Part shown: one piece after another, positions 22,571 to 35,084 of the stretch
How the letters are laid out: every line of letters starts with the position of its first letter
Numbering within the stretch: the first letter of the stretch is position 1
Assembly: GCF_036971445.1 (NCBI RefSeq)
Contig: NC_091480.1
Span: forward strand, 11,594,001-11,658,000
Length of the DNA: 64,000 nt
Origin: Narcine bancroftii
Taxonomy: Eukaryota
Reading direction: 5' to 3'
Program-made: the position numbers and the translations under genes
The notes under the pieces: generated by a model
What the model was told of the DNA's origin: nothing
Database searches by the model: none
The model's input: the letters and a program-made list of their open reading frames with translations, nothing else

Positions 22571-25500
22571 GGGCCGGGCCGGGCCAGGCCAGACCAGACC
22601 AGACCAGACCGGGACGGGCCGGGCAGGGCCGGGGTGGGGCGGGCCAGACCAGACCAGGACGGGCTGGGCCGGACCAGGACAGGACAGGACAGGACAGGAC
22701 GGGCCGGGCCGGGGTGGGCCTGACCAGACCAGCACGGGCTGGGCTGGGCCGGGGTGGGGCGGGCCAGACCAGACCAGGACGGGCTGGGCTGGGCTGGGCC
22801 GGGCCGGGCCGGGCCAGACCAGACCAGACCATGCCATGCCATGCCAGGCTGGGCTGGGATGCAGGTGTCTGCAACTAGGACAGAAGTGCCATCAGATCAG
22901 TGAAAGCATATTGCTGGAGACTCTCAGCAGCTCCAATGGTGCAGCTCAGGTGCAACCAAGGTTTTGGGCAGGAGTCCAACACTTTCCCCTGCCAAAGGCC
23001 GAAGCGTTGCTTGGGTTTGGACCCTCAAGGTTGAAACATTGGCCATCATGTATCTCCCTCTACCATTTGCGTTTTTGCTTCAACCACGGTGTCTGCACAA
23101 CAAAACGGGTGCTTGGATCGGGAGCCGGACCCTCCATAATATGCTGGAATAGCTTCTTGATGAAGGGCCCAGGACCGAATTGTTGGTTTGCGACCTGCCT
23201 CCTCTCCCTGGAGATGCTGTGTGACCTGCTGAGCTTCTTCAGCACTTTCCGGTCCAGTGCGAGCCGGTTGACTCTCACTCAATGGGTCGATGAGCATCAG
23301 AAGTAAAACACAAAAGTCTGTGGGCACTGTGGTTGAAGTAAAAATTGCAGTGCCTGTGTGGTGCGCTGTTAGCTAGAATCAGACACACACACACACGCAC
23401 AAGGTAAAGACTGTACAACAGGCTTTAAACCACAAAGACTTCCACAGAGCCAGGCTGCCAGTGGGTGCAGCAACTCTGAGTGAGGCCGGTGCAGGCTTAG
23501 ATCCCAGAGGGTGATTGACACCCGACAGGGTGGGGCTTGATCCCTTCAGGCCGACTGATTGACAGCCGGCCAGGTGCTGTCCTGTCCCCTTACACTCCTG
23601 CAGGTACAGAGGTTGCCCCCTGCAGTAGGCCGGTGGTGTACCACCACAGCTTGAGAAACTCAGCAACTTGACGTAGCAAAGTACGTAACCAATGTTTCGG
23701 GCTTGAGCCCTTCATCAAGTTGGCCATTCTTGAAGAAAGGTTATTTTCTTTTCCCAACTGATGCTACTGAGTTCCTCGACCAGATTTATTTTTGCACAAA
23801 ACTGATGGTGATTATTCAGATTCAGGATTGTTTTTTTTTTAAAAAGTGGTCATTAGATTGCATTTGGGAAGGATTTTGCTGTCCTTAGCAAGGCTGTCTT
23901 TGTGTGATTGGAGCAGGTTAGCAGTGTTGGGTTTTGCAAGCCTCGCCATTCAAAAAAGGTTTCCTTGCCAGTGATGTTCTCATCCTGTGGATAGATTGGA
24001 TTTGTGGAGATGTGACCCTGGCTCCTCACTTTTGGAAGTGTGCAAGGGTAATAGTGTTAGATTGTTACTATTTATTAAATATGGAATATATTTGATTTAA
24101 TGATTTATGCTTTGTGCTGAGTGAGGGACACACGCAGAAGGGAAAGAAATATCTGTTGCCTTCCGTGGCTGCTGCCTGACCCACTGAGTTTCCCCAACAT
24201 CATCTGTGTTGCTAAACAAATATCTTGATCTTCATTAACGTCCATTAACTTTCATTTCGTTTCCTGGGCTGCTGAAGTTTTGCATATTCTTCCACAGGTG
24301 GGGTAGAAGCTCGACGGGATGGTTAGATGACTAGTTAGTCATTTATGATGAGTTCTGGACCTGAGGTATCCTATGTCGATCAAAAGTGTGTAGCTACTGG
24401 AAATCAGAAATTAAGGAAATCAGAAATAAAGGTGAAAATACTCAGTTGATCAGGTAGCATATGTGAAAAAAGAAGCAAGGTCCATGTTTTGGGTTGAAGG
24501 CACTTTGTTACAGGGTTCTCAATGCCATTGGTTTGAGTTGTTGCAGCTAATGTTATTGAATCAAGCTTTGAGAGTATTGTTGCATTGTTTCCTCTGTCTG
24601 CCTCATATTGCTGTCATCTTGTGCTGTGACAGTACTTTTAGTTGGGCTTCAGTTTCAACACTGGTGACCAGCATGTGAACAAGATGTCCTCCCCATTAAA
24701 GCCTCTAGGGGATGTTGGCCTCGGAAATGTCAACAAGCCCTTTTCACACTGACTTACCAGTAAATTGGCTATTTGACGAACTGGTTAAAGAAGCTGTTTT
24801 TCTGTTCACACTGGACTACTGTTAATCAGTTCTCTGTGCCCTATCACACTCACCACCAGGCATCTCATGGCAGAGGGGTGCCTATCCTCCACTAATTGGT
24901 TCCAGGAGAACCCCCCACCATCCCTTTCACATTGGACTGACCAGTACACAGGTGTCAAATCACCCTAGGGGTGATTCACCCTACCCAGGCAGTCCAACCC
25001 TGGGGTGATCCATGAAAGTTACATTGGCACTTTAACCTGTACATTGGCAGTTACTTACTGAGATAAAGTGCCAGTGTGAATGGGACTAATTGGCTTATTT
25101 GTCCTGCCAATGGATTTGGAGGGTTTTGCAGAAATATTCTGGGTGATATCTTTTTAGTGCTTTGAGCTGCCTATTGTTGGTTATCCATGTCTTAAACAAG
25201 GATCCCTGCTGCCTGGTCGACCATCAATTTTGTGGAATTTTTGATCATTAAATAATCTTGCTTGAACAAAAAGGCTGTGCTGCTACATTGAAAATGTGCT
25301 TTGAGTGGTGGCTGCTGATGTATGGGAGTTGGTACATGTTTTTCAGTGTCAGGTAGGTTCTGGACTTGTGTTGTAGATCTGGAGCTGGTTGGTACTTTTT
25401 GTATCATGAATATTAGATGCAAGACCCAAACTGTTGTGCCTCAGTGACTTGGATAATGAATGTTATATACAAGGCGCATTCTCTCGCTACAGTGACTTGG

Positions 25501-28500
25501 GGGTTGAATATGAATATCTTAGCATCATTTGTGTACTGTGAATCGACAACTGGAGTTGAGCAATGTTCCTGCCTCTTTCAGATTTTGAAAGAGGTAAACA
25601 CAAAATTTTGAAGTTGAATTTACTATGGAACCAAAGATGAACAAAAATACAAAGTACATTGTACATTTTTTGTTTTGATATTTCCTTGGAGGAAAAAATA
25701 CTAAATGGTAGTATGAGAAATCTAGAAATTGCCTTTGTGTGCTTAAAAAGCTGTCCTGTACTTTGAGAACCATATGCCTTATCTAGTGTCACTATCAGCT
25801 CAAAGCGTTATATGTTTTCAATTGTTTACAATTTTATTTCCTTCTGAGACAGTCTTCCGGTATTGATTAATTGCCCAATTTTGTGTTTAACTAGTCCTGT
25901 GTCAATCCTTGGAACTGTGGAAGAGAAAGTTCTGTACCAGATGCTCCGTTCTCTTCATGTTCATTGTTTACTTTCTTTTGTCAAAGTGATTCCATATCTC
26001 TCTAAGAAATGTTCATATGGCAGGGAATGGCAATGGCATCATATTCTATAATCCCACCTGGAGTAAAATTATGATTGCATTAACATTTAAATGTGTAAAA
26101 ACCTGAGTTATAAATTTGTTGAAATTAATCTACCACTTTGGCGCTTTTTTTCTCTCTTTCCCCCCAATTTTATTTGTACAAGTACGTAATCTTTTACTAT
26201 ATTTTCTCTAGGCAACTTGGCTTAATAAGAAAACAGTCATCAACGTCTGTTGAAGGCAACAAAAATCCGAAGTCTAGTAAGTGTGGAAATGTGTATTCTG
26301 TTGTAGAAAGTCCAGATAAAGCATAATCCTAAATTGAAGTTAAACAGGAAAGTCTGCAGATGCTGTGATTGTAGTTTAACATATAAAAGTGCTGGAGAAA
26401 CTCACCAGGTCACACAGTGTTCTTTATGGCAAAGATACATCACCAGCACTCACCCTGAGTCTGAAATGTTGCTAAAGTGGTTAAAGTTAATGTACCTTTT
26501 CCTTTAAGAATGCACATTGACCTGCTGAGTTTCTCAACATTTTTATCCAAAATTGAAGACCAGTTAGTATATGATGGGAAAAACTAGATCGAGATGAGCA
26601 GATGTGATTTAATTGTCTTTTGAATTTGTGTATTATATTCTTAATTTTGGCAATAAAAGTTCATGAGTGTATTTATAAATAGAAATGGCCTGCAGAAACA
26701 TGGTGCTTTCTGTTCTCCCCCACCTGCATTGTGTGCTGATGACAATTTTGTAAGAATGATGTGTACATAAATAATATAATTGAGGGCAAGGGAATTTAAA
26801 ATAGTGGAATTGATGATGTATGTGTTTTAGAATTTTTTTGTTCTATATGTATTGTTCTCTATATGTAGTCATAATCACAGAACAGGTCCTTTTGGTCCAA
26901 CTTGTCCATGAATTTGAATTTTGAATTTGATCATATAGATTGTGCTAGCAAGATGGAGACAAAACTTGTGCCAATGTCAGTTATTTGAAAGTTCTTTTAA
27001 TATAAAATTATTATTTTGACTTTTTTTGCCAATTGGAAGTATCTATGCAAACTACTTAAAGGAACTGCCATTGGTGAAAGCTGTTCCATTTTATAAACTA
27101 ATATTGCAGATATATAACTGATCCCTGAATACTGGGCAAATCAGATAGTAGATTACACACACTAATCTGGAATTATTTGCTCTTTGCAGATCAGTATTTT
27201 TCATACCTAATTATCATTGATTTTGAGTCCACCTGTTGGAAAAATGGCAGGTCTCATTATCGTCCAGAAATAAGTGAGTATATATCCAAACAGACACCCA
27301 TTCTCTTGTCATGGGGCTTTGCACGTTGGGGAGAATTCTTTAGAGTTTCTAAATTCTTAAATTTTTCAATGCAGAAAATTGCAGTGATTTTAATTTCTCC
27401 AGTGTCGATGGCTATGCCTTTAGATGTTTCTTAATCTTTCTCTGACCAAGTTTGGCTACCTGTCCTTTGAAGCTTCATATTAAAATGTGATTAATTGTGT
27501 CAGTTTTGTGCTAACTAAATGTATCTGATTTTGATGAGGCTTGCTTAAATTTGGAGCAAAATATTTACTTCCATTCTTTATGCAATCTAGTTGAATTTCC
27601 TGCAGTATTGCTCAACACTTCCAGTGGAGAGATTGAAGTTGAATTTCACCAATATGTTCAGCCTCAGGAACATCCAATCCTATCGGAGTTTTGCATGGAA
27701 CTAACTGGCATTAAGCAGGTATTGTGTTCAATTCTCATCTTTTCTCTCCTGCCCTCCTAACCACGTCCCCTCGTGGCCACTTGGTTGTTGGTCTGTGCTC
27801 CTGCCCCTTCTTATCTCCTCTCCCCACCTTTATATTCATGCACCTGCCTGGTTTTTACTCAGGCCTTGACTGAGGGCTCAGGGCCGAAATGTTGGTGATG
27901 CATCTTTGGCTGCAATGGATGCTGCAGGACCTGCTGAGTTTCTCCAGTTTGTGTATTAACTTTTTTGTGCAATACTTGGTTATGTTATCTGAGATGCATA
28001 GAACGATTTTAAAAGTGGTGTCTGGCCCAATAAAACTTGGTGTTTCTTCAGTGTGGGCCATGAACTTTAGTAGCTTGGGTCAGCAAAGAGGTCATTTATG
28101 GGAATTTGAATTTAAAAAAAACCTAATCAGTTCATTATTTTGGTGGCTTGTATTTGGACTGACTGGTTGGCTGAATGGTTTGAGAAATTGCATCATTGCC
28201 CGGTAAGAGTCAATTGGAATATTAAATTCTTATTCAGAGATATAGCATGGTAATAGGCCCTTCCGGCCCACTCTGCCGAAATACATTTCTGTGATCAATT
28301 AACCTCCTAACCCTATACATCTTTAAAGGTGGGAGGAAACTGAGCACCCAGAGGAAACTCATGTGGTCATGGGAAAGCATAGAAACTCCTTGCAGTTGGT
28401 AGCAGATTCGAAGCTGGGTTTCTGGCGCTTTTGTAGCATTGAGCTAACTGCAACAGTTACCGTGTCACCACTTTAGCATAGGAGAAGGCCACTCCGATAT

Positions 28501-31500
28501 AAAACCTACGACTCAAGGACCTCGCTGCCACGTCCCAGCTTGCTTGGCCACGGCACACGAACCATGGGTGTAAAGGGTGGGGCCAATACTGTGCACACTG
28601 CACTCCACCTAAAAGCTCCTTTGCGCAGGCCCGAGGACATGTCCACGTCCTCCCCCTCCACTTTAGCAGAATCACAGAAAGGTTACACCAGTGGTTCTCA
28701 ACCTTTTTCTTTCAACTTGCATACTACTTTAAGTAATCCCTCTGCCATAGGTGCTCTGTGTAAGGGTTTGCTTAAGGTGGTATGTGGGTGGAAAGAAAGA
28801 GTTTGAAAACCACTGTTTTAGTTGCACTTAATGGACTCATGTGCACAGTTTCATAACTCCAAAGGAAATGGGCCAGTGACAATTTTTATCAGGCTAAATA
28901 TTTCGGTAACAATTGGGTCTAGAGCAGTGGTTCTCAACCTTCCCACTCACATTCCACCTTAAGGAATCCCTTACTAATCACAGAGTACCTATGGCATAGG
29001 GAATACTTAAAGTGGGATGTGGAAGAAGGTTTAAACTTGATGAAATATCTCCCTCTAGTGTGCATTTGTGGAATTGAATAGAGCCTACATAGGAATTAGC
29101 AAGTTCACTATTATCACCTTTCAACATTTTCAGTGGCAGGTTGAAGCTGGAATTCCTCTTGCAATATGTCTTTCACAATTTTCCCGCTGGATTTGGAAAC
29201 TGCAGCAGGAGAAGAACATTGTTTTTGTGGAGGAGCGATCTCAACACTGCCATCCTGGCTTGAAACCCTGCGCTTTTGTTACTTGGTCAGGTACTCTCTG
29301 CTTTTGTTACTTGGTCAGGTACTCTCTGCTTTTGTTACTTGGTCAGGTACTCTCTGTTTTGTTACTTGGTCAGGTACTCTCTGCTTTTGTTACTTGGTCA
29401 GGTACTCTCTGCTTTTGTTACTTGGTCAGGTACTCTCTGCTTTTGTTACTTGGTCAGGTACTCTCTGCTTTTGTTACTTGGTCAGGTACTCTCTGCTTTT
29501 GTTACTTGGTCAGGTACTCTCTGCTTTTGTTACTTGGTCAGGTACTCTCTGCTTTTGTTACTTGGTCAGGTACTCTCTGCTTTGTTACTTGGTCTGGTAC
29601 TCTCTGCTTTTGTTGGTGAGTTTAAGCCATTTAGCTAATTGAACAAAGAAAAGCTGCACTGAAATTTTAGTCAACTAAATTATAAACACCAAACATAGTT
29701 TGGTTGATTGGAATAAAAATAGAAAATTCTGAAGATATCCATCAGGTCAGGGAGCATCTGTGGAGAGAGAGAAAAACATAGATAATGTTTCGGGTTAATG
29801 AGCCTATACTAGATTTTCAGTATTTGGCATTTTTATTTAATTTTAGCTGCTTTGGTTATAGTTTAAAAACTAACTTCTTGACCATTAACCTACTATAGGT
29901 ACAATAGTTTGCATTCAGCTTTGATTCATTTGGAGAATTTTTGCTCTGTAGAAGGTGTAATTTCAAGCTTCAACCCAAAGACTGGCATCTAAGCTGACAA
30001 TACAGTGAGGTATCTTGTTTTCAAATTGTATTAAATGAAGGGTTGATTTGTTTTCCGAGGTCATAAACAATTCCATGACACCATTTCAAAGAAATTATCC
30101 TGTTGAATGGCTGGATCCCTGTAGCTTTCCACCACTTTTTTTAAAAAATAGCTTGTTCCTCCTTTTTGCCCATCAGTTTTCACTACCTGTCTGCATTACC
30201 CTCACAATCTTTTGCACCTCTATGTGAGACCATATCATTTTGTGACATCTTGAGATCTTAAGTGATTCAACAAGAATACATTTTTTTTATTTTCCCCTCT
30301 TTTATTATTTTTATGTTTTGGTCTAGGAAGAGCACAGAAGTGTGAAAAATTCTTTGCATCTTTTTCCAGTAAGGTTCTGTGAAAATCAAAATATTGTCGA
30401 AGCTGGAAATCAAAAATGCAGCTATCTGCTCTTTGATCTGAAATGCTAACACTAAGTCTTTTCACAGCTCCTTCTTGACCTGCTGAGTGTTTCCAATATT
30501 TTCTTTTATTTAACACTAATGTTGTGGTTTAATTTTAGACATGAAATGATTTCTTCCATGCTGGTGTTTTTTTTGCGTCATAAGATTTGTTGAGTTGGCA
30601 ATACTTCTGCAGGGATAGCCAGCAGGTTGTGAACTGGACTTGTGACTACAGTGTATGTTATTCTCTCACCAGATTGGGATCTGGGAGTGTGCCTGCACTA
30701 TGAATGTAAAAGGAAACAACTCCTAAAACCAAATATTTTGAACAGTTGGATTGATCTCCGAGCAACTTACAAGGTACGCCATCAAGACGGGAAATTGTTT
30801 TAGCCATTGTTGGAATTTCCAGCAGAAATGTATAGGGTAGTCAGCATCCACACAGAGAAGGCTGGTTACTGATTGGTTATAACCTCTGAATTGAAGGCTG
30901 ATTGATAATCTGGATTTTCGATGAAAGTTGGGAAAGAAAATTGGGATAAAATTAGAAGAATGGTTAAACAGCTACTTCAGCATTTGCAAGTAGGTAAATT
31001 GGGTTTAATGACCTACAAACATTATCACTGACAATTAAAAGATGACTTTAATGATCACTGGTAAAATAACTGGAGCAACATTAAAAGAATACAAGAAGAG
31101 CAGTGTGAAATATTTCTGAGAGGTTCCATAAACAAAAAGGAAAAACCTGTAAAGGGGAAAGGAAATTGCAAATTTTACTGATCTGAACTTGCGACCAAAA
31201 TATACCAGAGAAACTCACCAGGAGGGAAAGAAGGCCAAAACACAGCCTTCAGTTTCAATCAGTATTGTTTTGCTGATTGACTTCAACTCAAAATAACAAA
31301 ACACTTCCTTTTCTAGAACACAGGTGGATCTTGTTACATTTATATTGGGAGAAATGGCTGAATTCTGAGGTCATCAAGTCAATGTTCTTATCATACCTTA
31401 ATTTTATGTGTGTTTATGTTAAAACTTATTGAGAAGTGTGAAAAATCAAAAATTGAAGCTGTTGCAACAGGAAAGATGAGGGAAATGTGGAAGTGAATCT

Positions 31501-34500
31501 CCGAAGGAGTCTTGGCTTTTTATAGTTCTCTCCATTTATGCTTTTTTAATTGTCTTGCACAATTACATGTGGTACTTGTAATCCCTGAAACATCTACAAT
31601 GAGCTTGGTGCATTTTAGAAATAATTTTCAGTCAAAGGGTGTCTAATGTGCAGTATTTGAGGGCCAACCCTAGCTGATGGGTGTGCATTTATTTTCACTG
31701 CCATTTGTACAGATTTTAAATGTTTAGACATACAGCATGGTAACAGGCCCACGAGTCTGTGCTGTCCAATTATACCCAATTGACCTATTGCCACTAGAAA
31801 GTTTTGAATGTTGGGAGGAAACCCACCAGACATGGGAAGAACATACAAACTTCTTGCTGGCAGCACAGAATTTGAACCTCTGTCCTGATCGTTGGTGCTG
31901 TAACAGCGTTACGCTAACCGTGTGGCCCTGTTTGTTCAAATTGTATCTTCATAAATAAATTATGATGAGTTGTGCATTTGTTTTTTTTGTTTGCACCTTC
32001 AGTGGTATCGAGTTTTCTGTGGGGAATTATTCTAAATGACTTGTGTTTGTGTAACAGACATTCTATAACCGAAAGCCAAAAGGTTTAAATGGAGCTTTGC
32101 AAGATCTGGGCATTGTCTTTTCAGGACGTGAACACTCTGGTAGGTGATGCACATTGCATTGCTGTAAGCTTTTACTAGTTGTGTTTAAGTGGAACAGAGT
32201 GACTGGATTTGGTGTTCTGTTCCTGAGTATGTTGGGCTACTATCCTAACTTGATTGACCTACCTTGGTAATATCAGACCTTATCTTTTCCAATAAAAATA
32301 ATTCAATCTAACTTTGTTTTCCCACCCTCAACAGCTTTTTGAGGACAAGTATTCCAAATGTACAGTACATTTGCTGTGAAGAAGAGCTTCATGAATGGCT
32401 TAGATATAATTTTAAAGTCGTACCCTTTCATTCTGAAACACTAAAGACTGAAGACACTGTGATTGTAGTAAAAACACAGAAATGCTGGAGGAACTCAGCA
32501 GGTCTTGCAGCATTCATAGGAGGTAAAGATGCAGTATATAGCTTACATTTCAGGCCTGAGCCCTTTTAAGAAGCAAGTTAAAAAGGAGACAGGCATACCA
32601 TGAAGAAGGCCTCAGGCCCGAAATGTTGGTTTAATATCTTTAACTCCTGTGGATGCTGTGAGACCTGCTGAGGCTGGGGTGGGCAACCTTTTAATTTTTT
32701 AATTTAAACATACAGCACAGTAACAGGCCATTTCAGCCTACATGTATGTACTGGGGGGGAGTATGTTAATTGGCCAGCACAGACTCATGGGCTGAAATGG
32801 CCTGTTACAGTGATGTATGTATATTTTAAAAATTAAATTTTATGTTAAAACTTATTGAGAAGTGTGAAAAATCCAAGTGTGAAAAATACCAATTTTTTTT
32901 TTTGGTACCCCTTCCATTCAATTCACTGCACCAGTAGAATTGTGCCTCTTTTGCTATCCTAACCAAATTCTCTGTCATCTTAAAAACTGTACCTCCCACT
33001 TCATCGCTGAATGAAAATTCAAACTTCTGCTGTTTTTTAAAAAAAAAAACAACACTTCAAGGTCGAGCAGTATCGGAGGGGAAAAGAATTGTTGGTGTTT
33101 CTGGTCAAGCACTTGCCATCAGGAGTGGAGAGGAAATGTAATTTTGTGAGATCAACAGCCTCCAGATGTATGGTAAAGCAGCAGACAGTAGTCGGGTTTT
33201 CCAGGAAAATAAAATGTATAAATAAATGTAAAATATATTGGAACAAGCAGGACACATTTTCATCCAATACGTTTTAATTGCCTGAAATTCAGTAACAAAT
33301 ACATGTTGTATATTTCTGTAAACCTAGCCAAAGTATTTTCCTGTAAAGGTTACCACTTGGCTTCATAAAATGAGTAATTCTTCTTGACATGTATTTAAGA
33401 AAGTCTTAATTGATGTAAAGTAGAATAGAATGTTTTGAGTTCTCATTTTCTGGTAATCGTTTGAAAATGTGACTGTTCAAGGCTTAGATGATGCCCGGAA
33501 CACTGCTAATCTTGCCTGGCAAATGATGAGTGATGGCTGTACCATGCAAGTCACTAAATCATTGGACAGGGTGAGTGACAATTGGTGAGTGCTGCACTTT
33601 CATCTGACAGATCTTTTGTGATAACATCTGAGGATGTTGCATGAGATTCTATCAATGTTCAGAATCAGAGAATCTCAGGATAATTCCCACTTTTGTGGTA
33701 TTTTTTCCAGGTTGCTCCCGTGAGAAATCAAAACACAGGCTTATCGACTGTAAACTCTCTTCCAAGTGGCAAAACCTCACAAGTTGGTCTCTCTTCTAAA
33801 GACCCTGACAATGGGACAAGAGCAAGCTTAATTTCTGAAAATGGTTATCATAGAAGACAGATCTCTGAAAACAACCAGATGAACACTCGCCGTGGGCACG
33901 AAATCACAGTTGAACAACAGAAACCAGTTTTGCCAACTTTGACTAAATCTGCAAGGCAACACTTGGGGACCATTGATTGTAGAAAAGGCTGTGATGCAAA
34001 TGGTCATTATCAGAGTATTCTATCTCCCAGGACTCTAATCAATGGGCTTTGTACTTCCACTGATCATGCTAAAGGACAGAATCCGCAAGTTTATGTGAAC
34101 AACAGTATTAAAAATCTAATTTCACTTGGTGTTGAAGAATCTAAACCCAACGAGAGTGTAGGCAACCTGTTGCTTGTGTCCACCACTATTGACTCGGTCA
34201 CTAGTCCCTCTGATTTGGATGTTAGTTGTTCAGAGTCTGAAGTGCCCTGGGAATACTGGGATGATTCTGCCATCTTACCGCTATCAGGTAATGATTGCGC
34301 AGAAGACTGCGGAGAACAATGGCAAAACTGTAAAGAATCAAGTTTCGTTGAAGTGGAGTACACGCCACTTCGAGATTCATCTCCAGACAGAAAGGATGAC
34401 AAATTGACAGAAGCCAAAAAGCATCAGGAAGTGGTGCATAGGAGCTTTCAAACACTATGTGATACAGCTGAAGTTGGGAAGCAAGCAAAAGATTGGCCTA

Positions 34501-35084
34501 TCTTAAAAGTATCTCGGGTGGAAGTTCCCAATGCCCAGTCCAGTCTTTTCAATGTTGGCACTAAATCTTTGCTGCCTTCTGTTCTGTCCTTCCAACCAAA
34601 TAACTATTTGCATGTTGGTTTTAAAAGAAAAGAAAGCCATTCAAGTCCCTTTAAAAAACCTATTTCCAAGAAGCAATCATTCACTATATTTTCAGACGAA
34701 AACTCATCATGTAATTGTTCTGTATCCTCAGTTGATAAGGCAGATTCGAGAGTTGTTCTTTCAACCAAGTGTTCCTACTTACCACAGTGGAAATTGAATG
34801 GTGACAAGATTACTCCTCCACTGTGTGACTGTGGTCTTAGAACTAAGAGGCTTACTGTGTCTAAACCAGGGCCAAATCAAGGGAAAGTCTTCTATTCCTG
34901 TGTGATGGGGAAAAGAAAAGCTGACAGTACCAAGGGTTGTGGATACTTCAAGTGGGAGTGGGCATTGAAGAAGGAGAAAGCCACTTCAGCCCCCTCTGCT
35001 ATTAATTTTGGTACAGGCTCATCTGGAGTCTTTCCTCCTTCCCAAAGGAAACATTTAGGCCTCCGATTTTCTTTCCGGAATTAA
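22462..35084 (+). CDS. ERI2: ERI1 exoribonuclease family member 2 (DEDDh 3'-5' exonuclease + GRF zinc finger); 9 coding exons: 22462-22487, 26212-26276, 27190-27273, 27591-27718, 29134-29290, 30673-30773, 32058-32139, 33482-33570, 33711-35084; 2106 nt, 701 aa
   Basis: Spliced translation MMNTKQLAEQLGLIRKQ..YLIIIDFESTCW..EFPAVLLNTSSGEI..CAFVTWSDWDLGVCL..GREHSGLDDARNTA..PPLCDCG..GPNQGKVFYSC matches vertebrate ERI2. All introns are GT-AG, phases are consistent and there are no stops. Confidence 0.96.
22567..22858. repeat. Compound pentamer repeat (GGGCC/GGGCT/AGACC/GGACA/CCATG)
   Basis: Direct reading; start of ERI2 intron 1. Confidence 0.9.
23357..23648 (-). mobile_element. Solo LTR (292 bp) in ERI2 intron 1
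   Basis: TGTGGTG..CACCACA termini; 5-bp TSD gcctg/gcttg; interrupts an older repeat. Confidence 0.65.
26212..26276 (+). CDS. ERI2: ERI2 coding exon 2 (QLGLIRKQSSTSVEGNKNPKS)
   Basis: ttttctctag acceptor, gtaagt donor; QLGLIR motif. Confidence 0.92.
27190..27273 (+). CDS. ERI2: ERI2 coding exon 3 (ExoI motif IIDFESTCW)
   Basis: tttgcag / gtgagt; DxE catalytic motif. Confidence 0.95.
27591..27718 (+). CDS. ERI2: ERI2 coding exon 4 (EFPAVLLNT..ELTGIKQ)
   Basis: ctag / gtattg; near-identical to ERI2 family sequence. Confidence 0.95.
28690..29030. mobile_element. hAT-like MITE, tandem units
   Basis: cagtggttctcaacct at 28690 and 28925; aaaaccactg at ~28815. Confidence 0.55.
29134..29290 (+). 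CDS. ERI2: ERI2 coding exon 5 (WQVEAGIPL..CAFVTWS)
   Basis: ttttcag acceptor; first of ~12 tandem donor copies CAG|gtactc. Confidence 0.9.
29272..29614. repeat. 28-bp minisatellite (gcttttgttacttggtcaggtactctct) x 12 spanning the ERI2 exon 5 donor
   Basis: Direct reading; two units are 27 bp. Confidence 0.97.
30673..30773 (+). CDS. ERI2: ERI2 coding exon 6 (DWDLGVCL..WIDLRATYK)
   Basis: ctcaccag / gtacgc; ExoII aspartate. Confidence 0.95.
32058..32139 (+). CDS. ERI2: ERI2 coding exon 7 (TFYNRKPKGLNGAL..GREHS)
   Basis: taacag / gtaggt; catalytic His. Confidence 0.95.
33482..33570 (+). CDS. ERI2: ERI2 coding exon 8 (GLDDARNTANLAWQMMSDGC..)
   Basis: ttcaag / gtgagt; ExoIII aspartate. Confidence 0.95.
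33711..35084 (+). CDS. ERI2: ERI2 terminal coding exon (long linker + GRF zinc finger)
   Basis: ttttccag acceptor; 457-codon open frame with CDCG..GPNQGKVFYSC..CGYFKW; TAA stop. Confidence 0.95.
   Translation, partial: VAPVRNQNTGLSTVNSLPSGKTSQVGLSSKDPDNGTRASLISENGYHRRQISENNQMNTRRGHEITVEQQKPVLPTLTKSARQHLGTIDCRKGCDANGHYQSILSPRTLINGLCTSTDHAKGQNPQVYVNNSIKNLISLGVEESKPNESVGNLLLVSTTIDSVTSPSDLDVSCSESEVPWEYWDDSAILPLSGNDCAEDCGEQWQNCKESSFVEVEYTPLRDSSPDRKDDKLTEAKKHQEVVHRSFQTLCDTAEVGKQAKDWPILKVSRVEVPNAQSSLFNVGTKSLLPSVLSFQPNNYLHVGFKRKESHSSPFKKPISKKQSFTIFSDENSSCNCSVSSVDKADSRVVLSTKCSYLPQWKLNGDKITPPLCDCGLRTKRLTVSKPGPNQGKVFYSCVMGKRKADSTKGCGYFKWEWALKKEKATSAPSAINFGTGSSGVFPPSQRKHLGLRFSFRN

Noticed and set aside
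22567-22858. GGGCT pentamers resembling an immunoglobulin switch region
   Set aside because: Only ~290 bp, no GAGCT/AGCT enrichment, no Ig gene nearby
21843-23306. Long ORFs of 110-282 aa
   Set aside because: Produced by stop-poor low-complexity repeats; only 22462-22487 is coding
29068-29642. Hydrophobic repeat ORFs as a separate membrane protein
   Set aside because: Read-through of ERI2 exon 5 into the minisatellite
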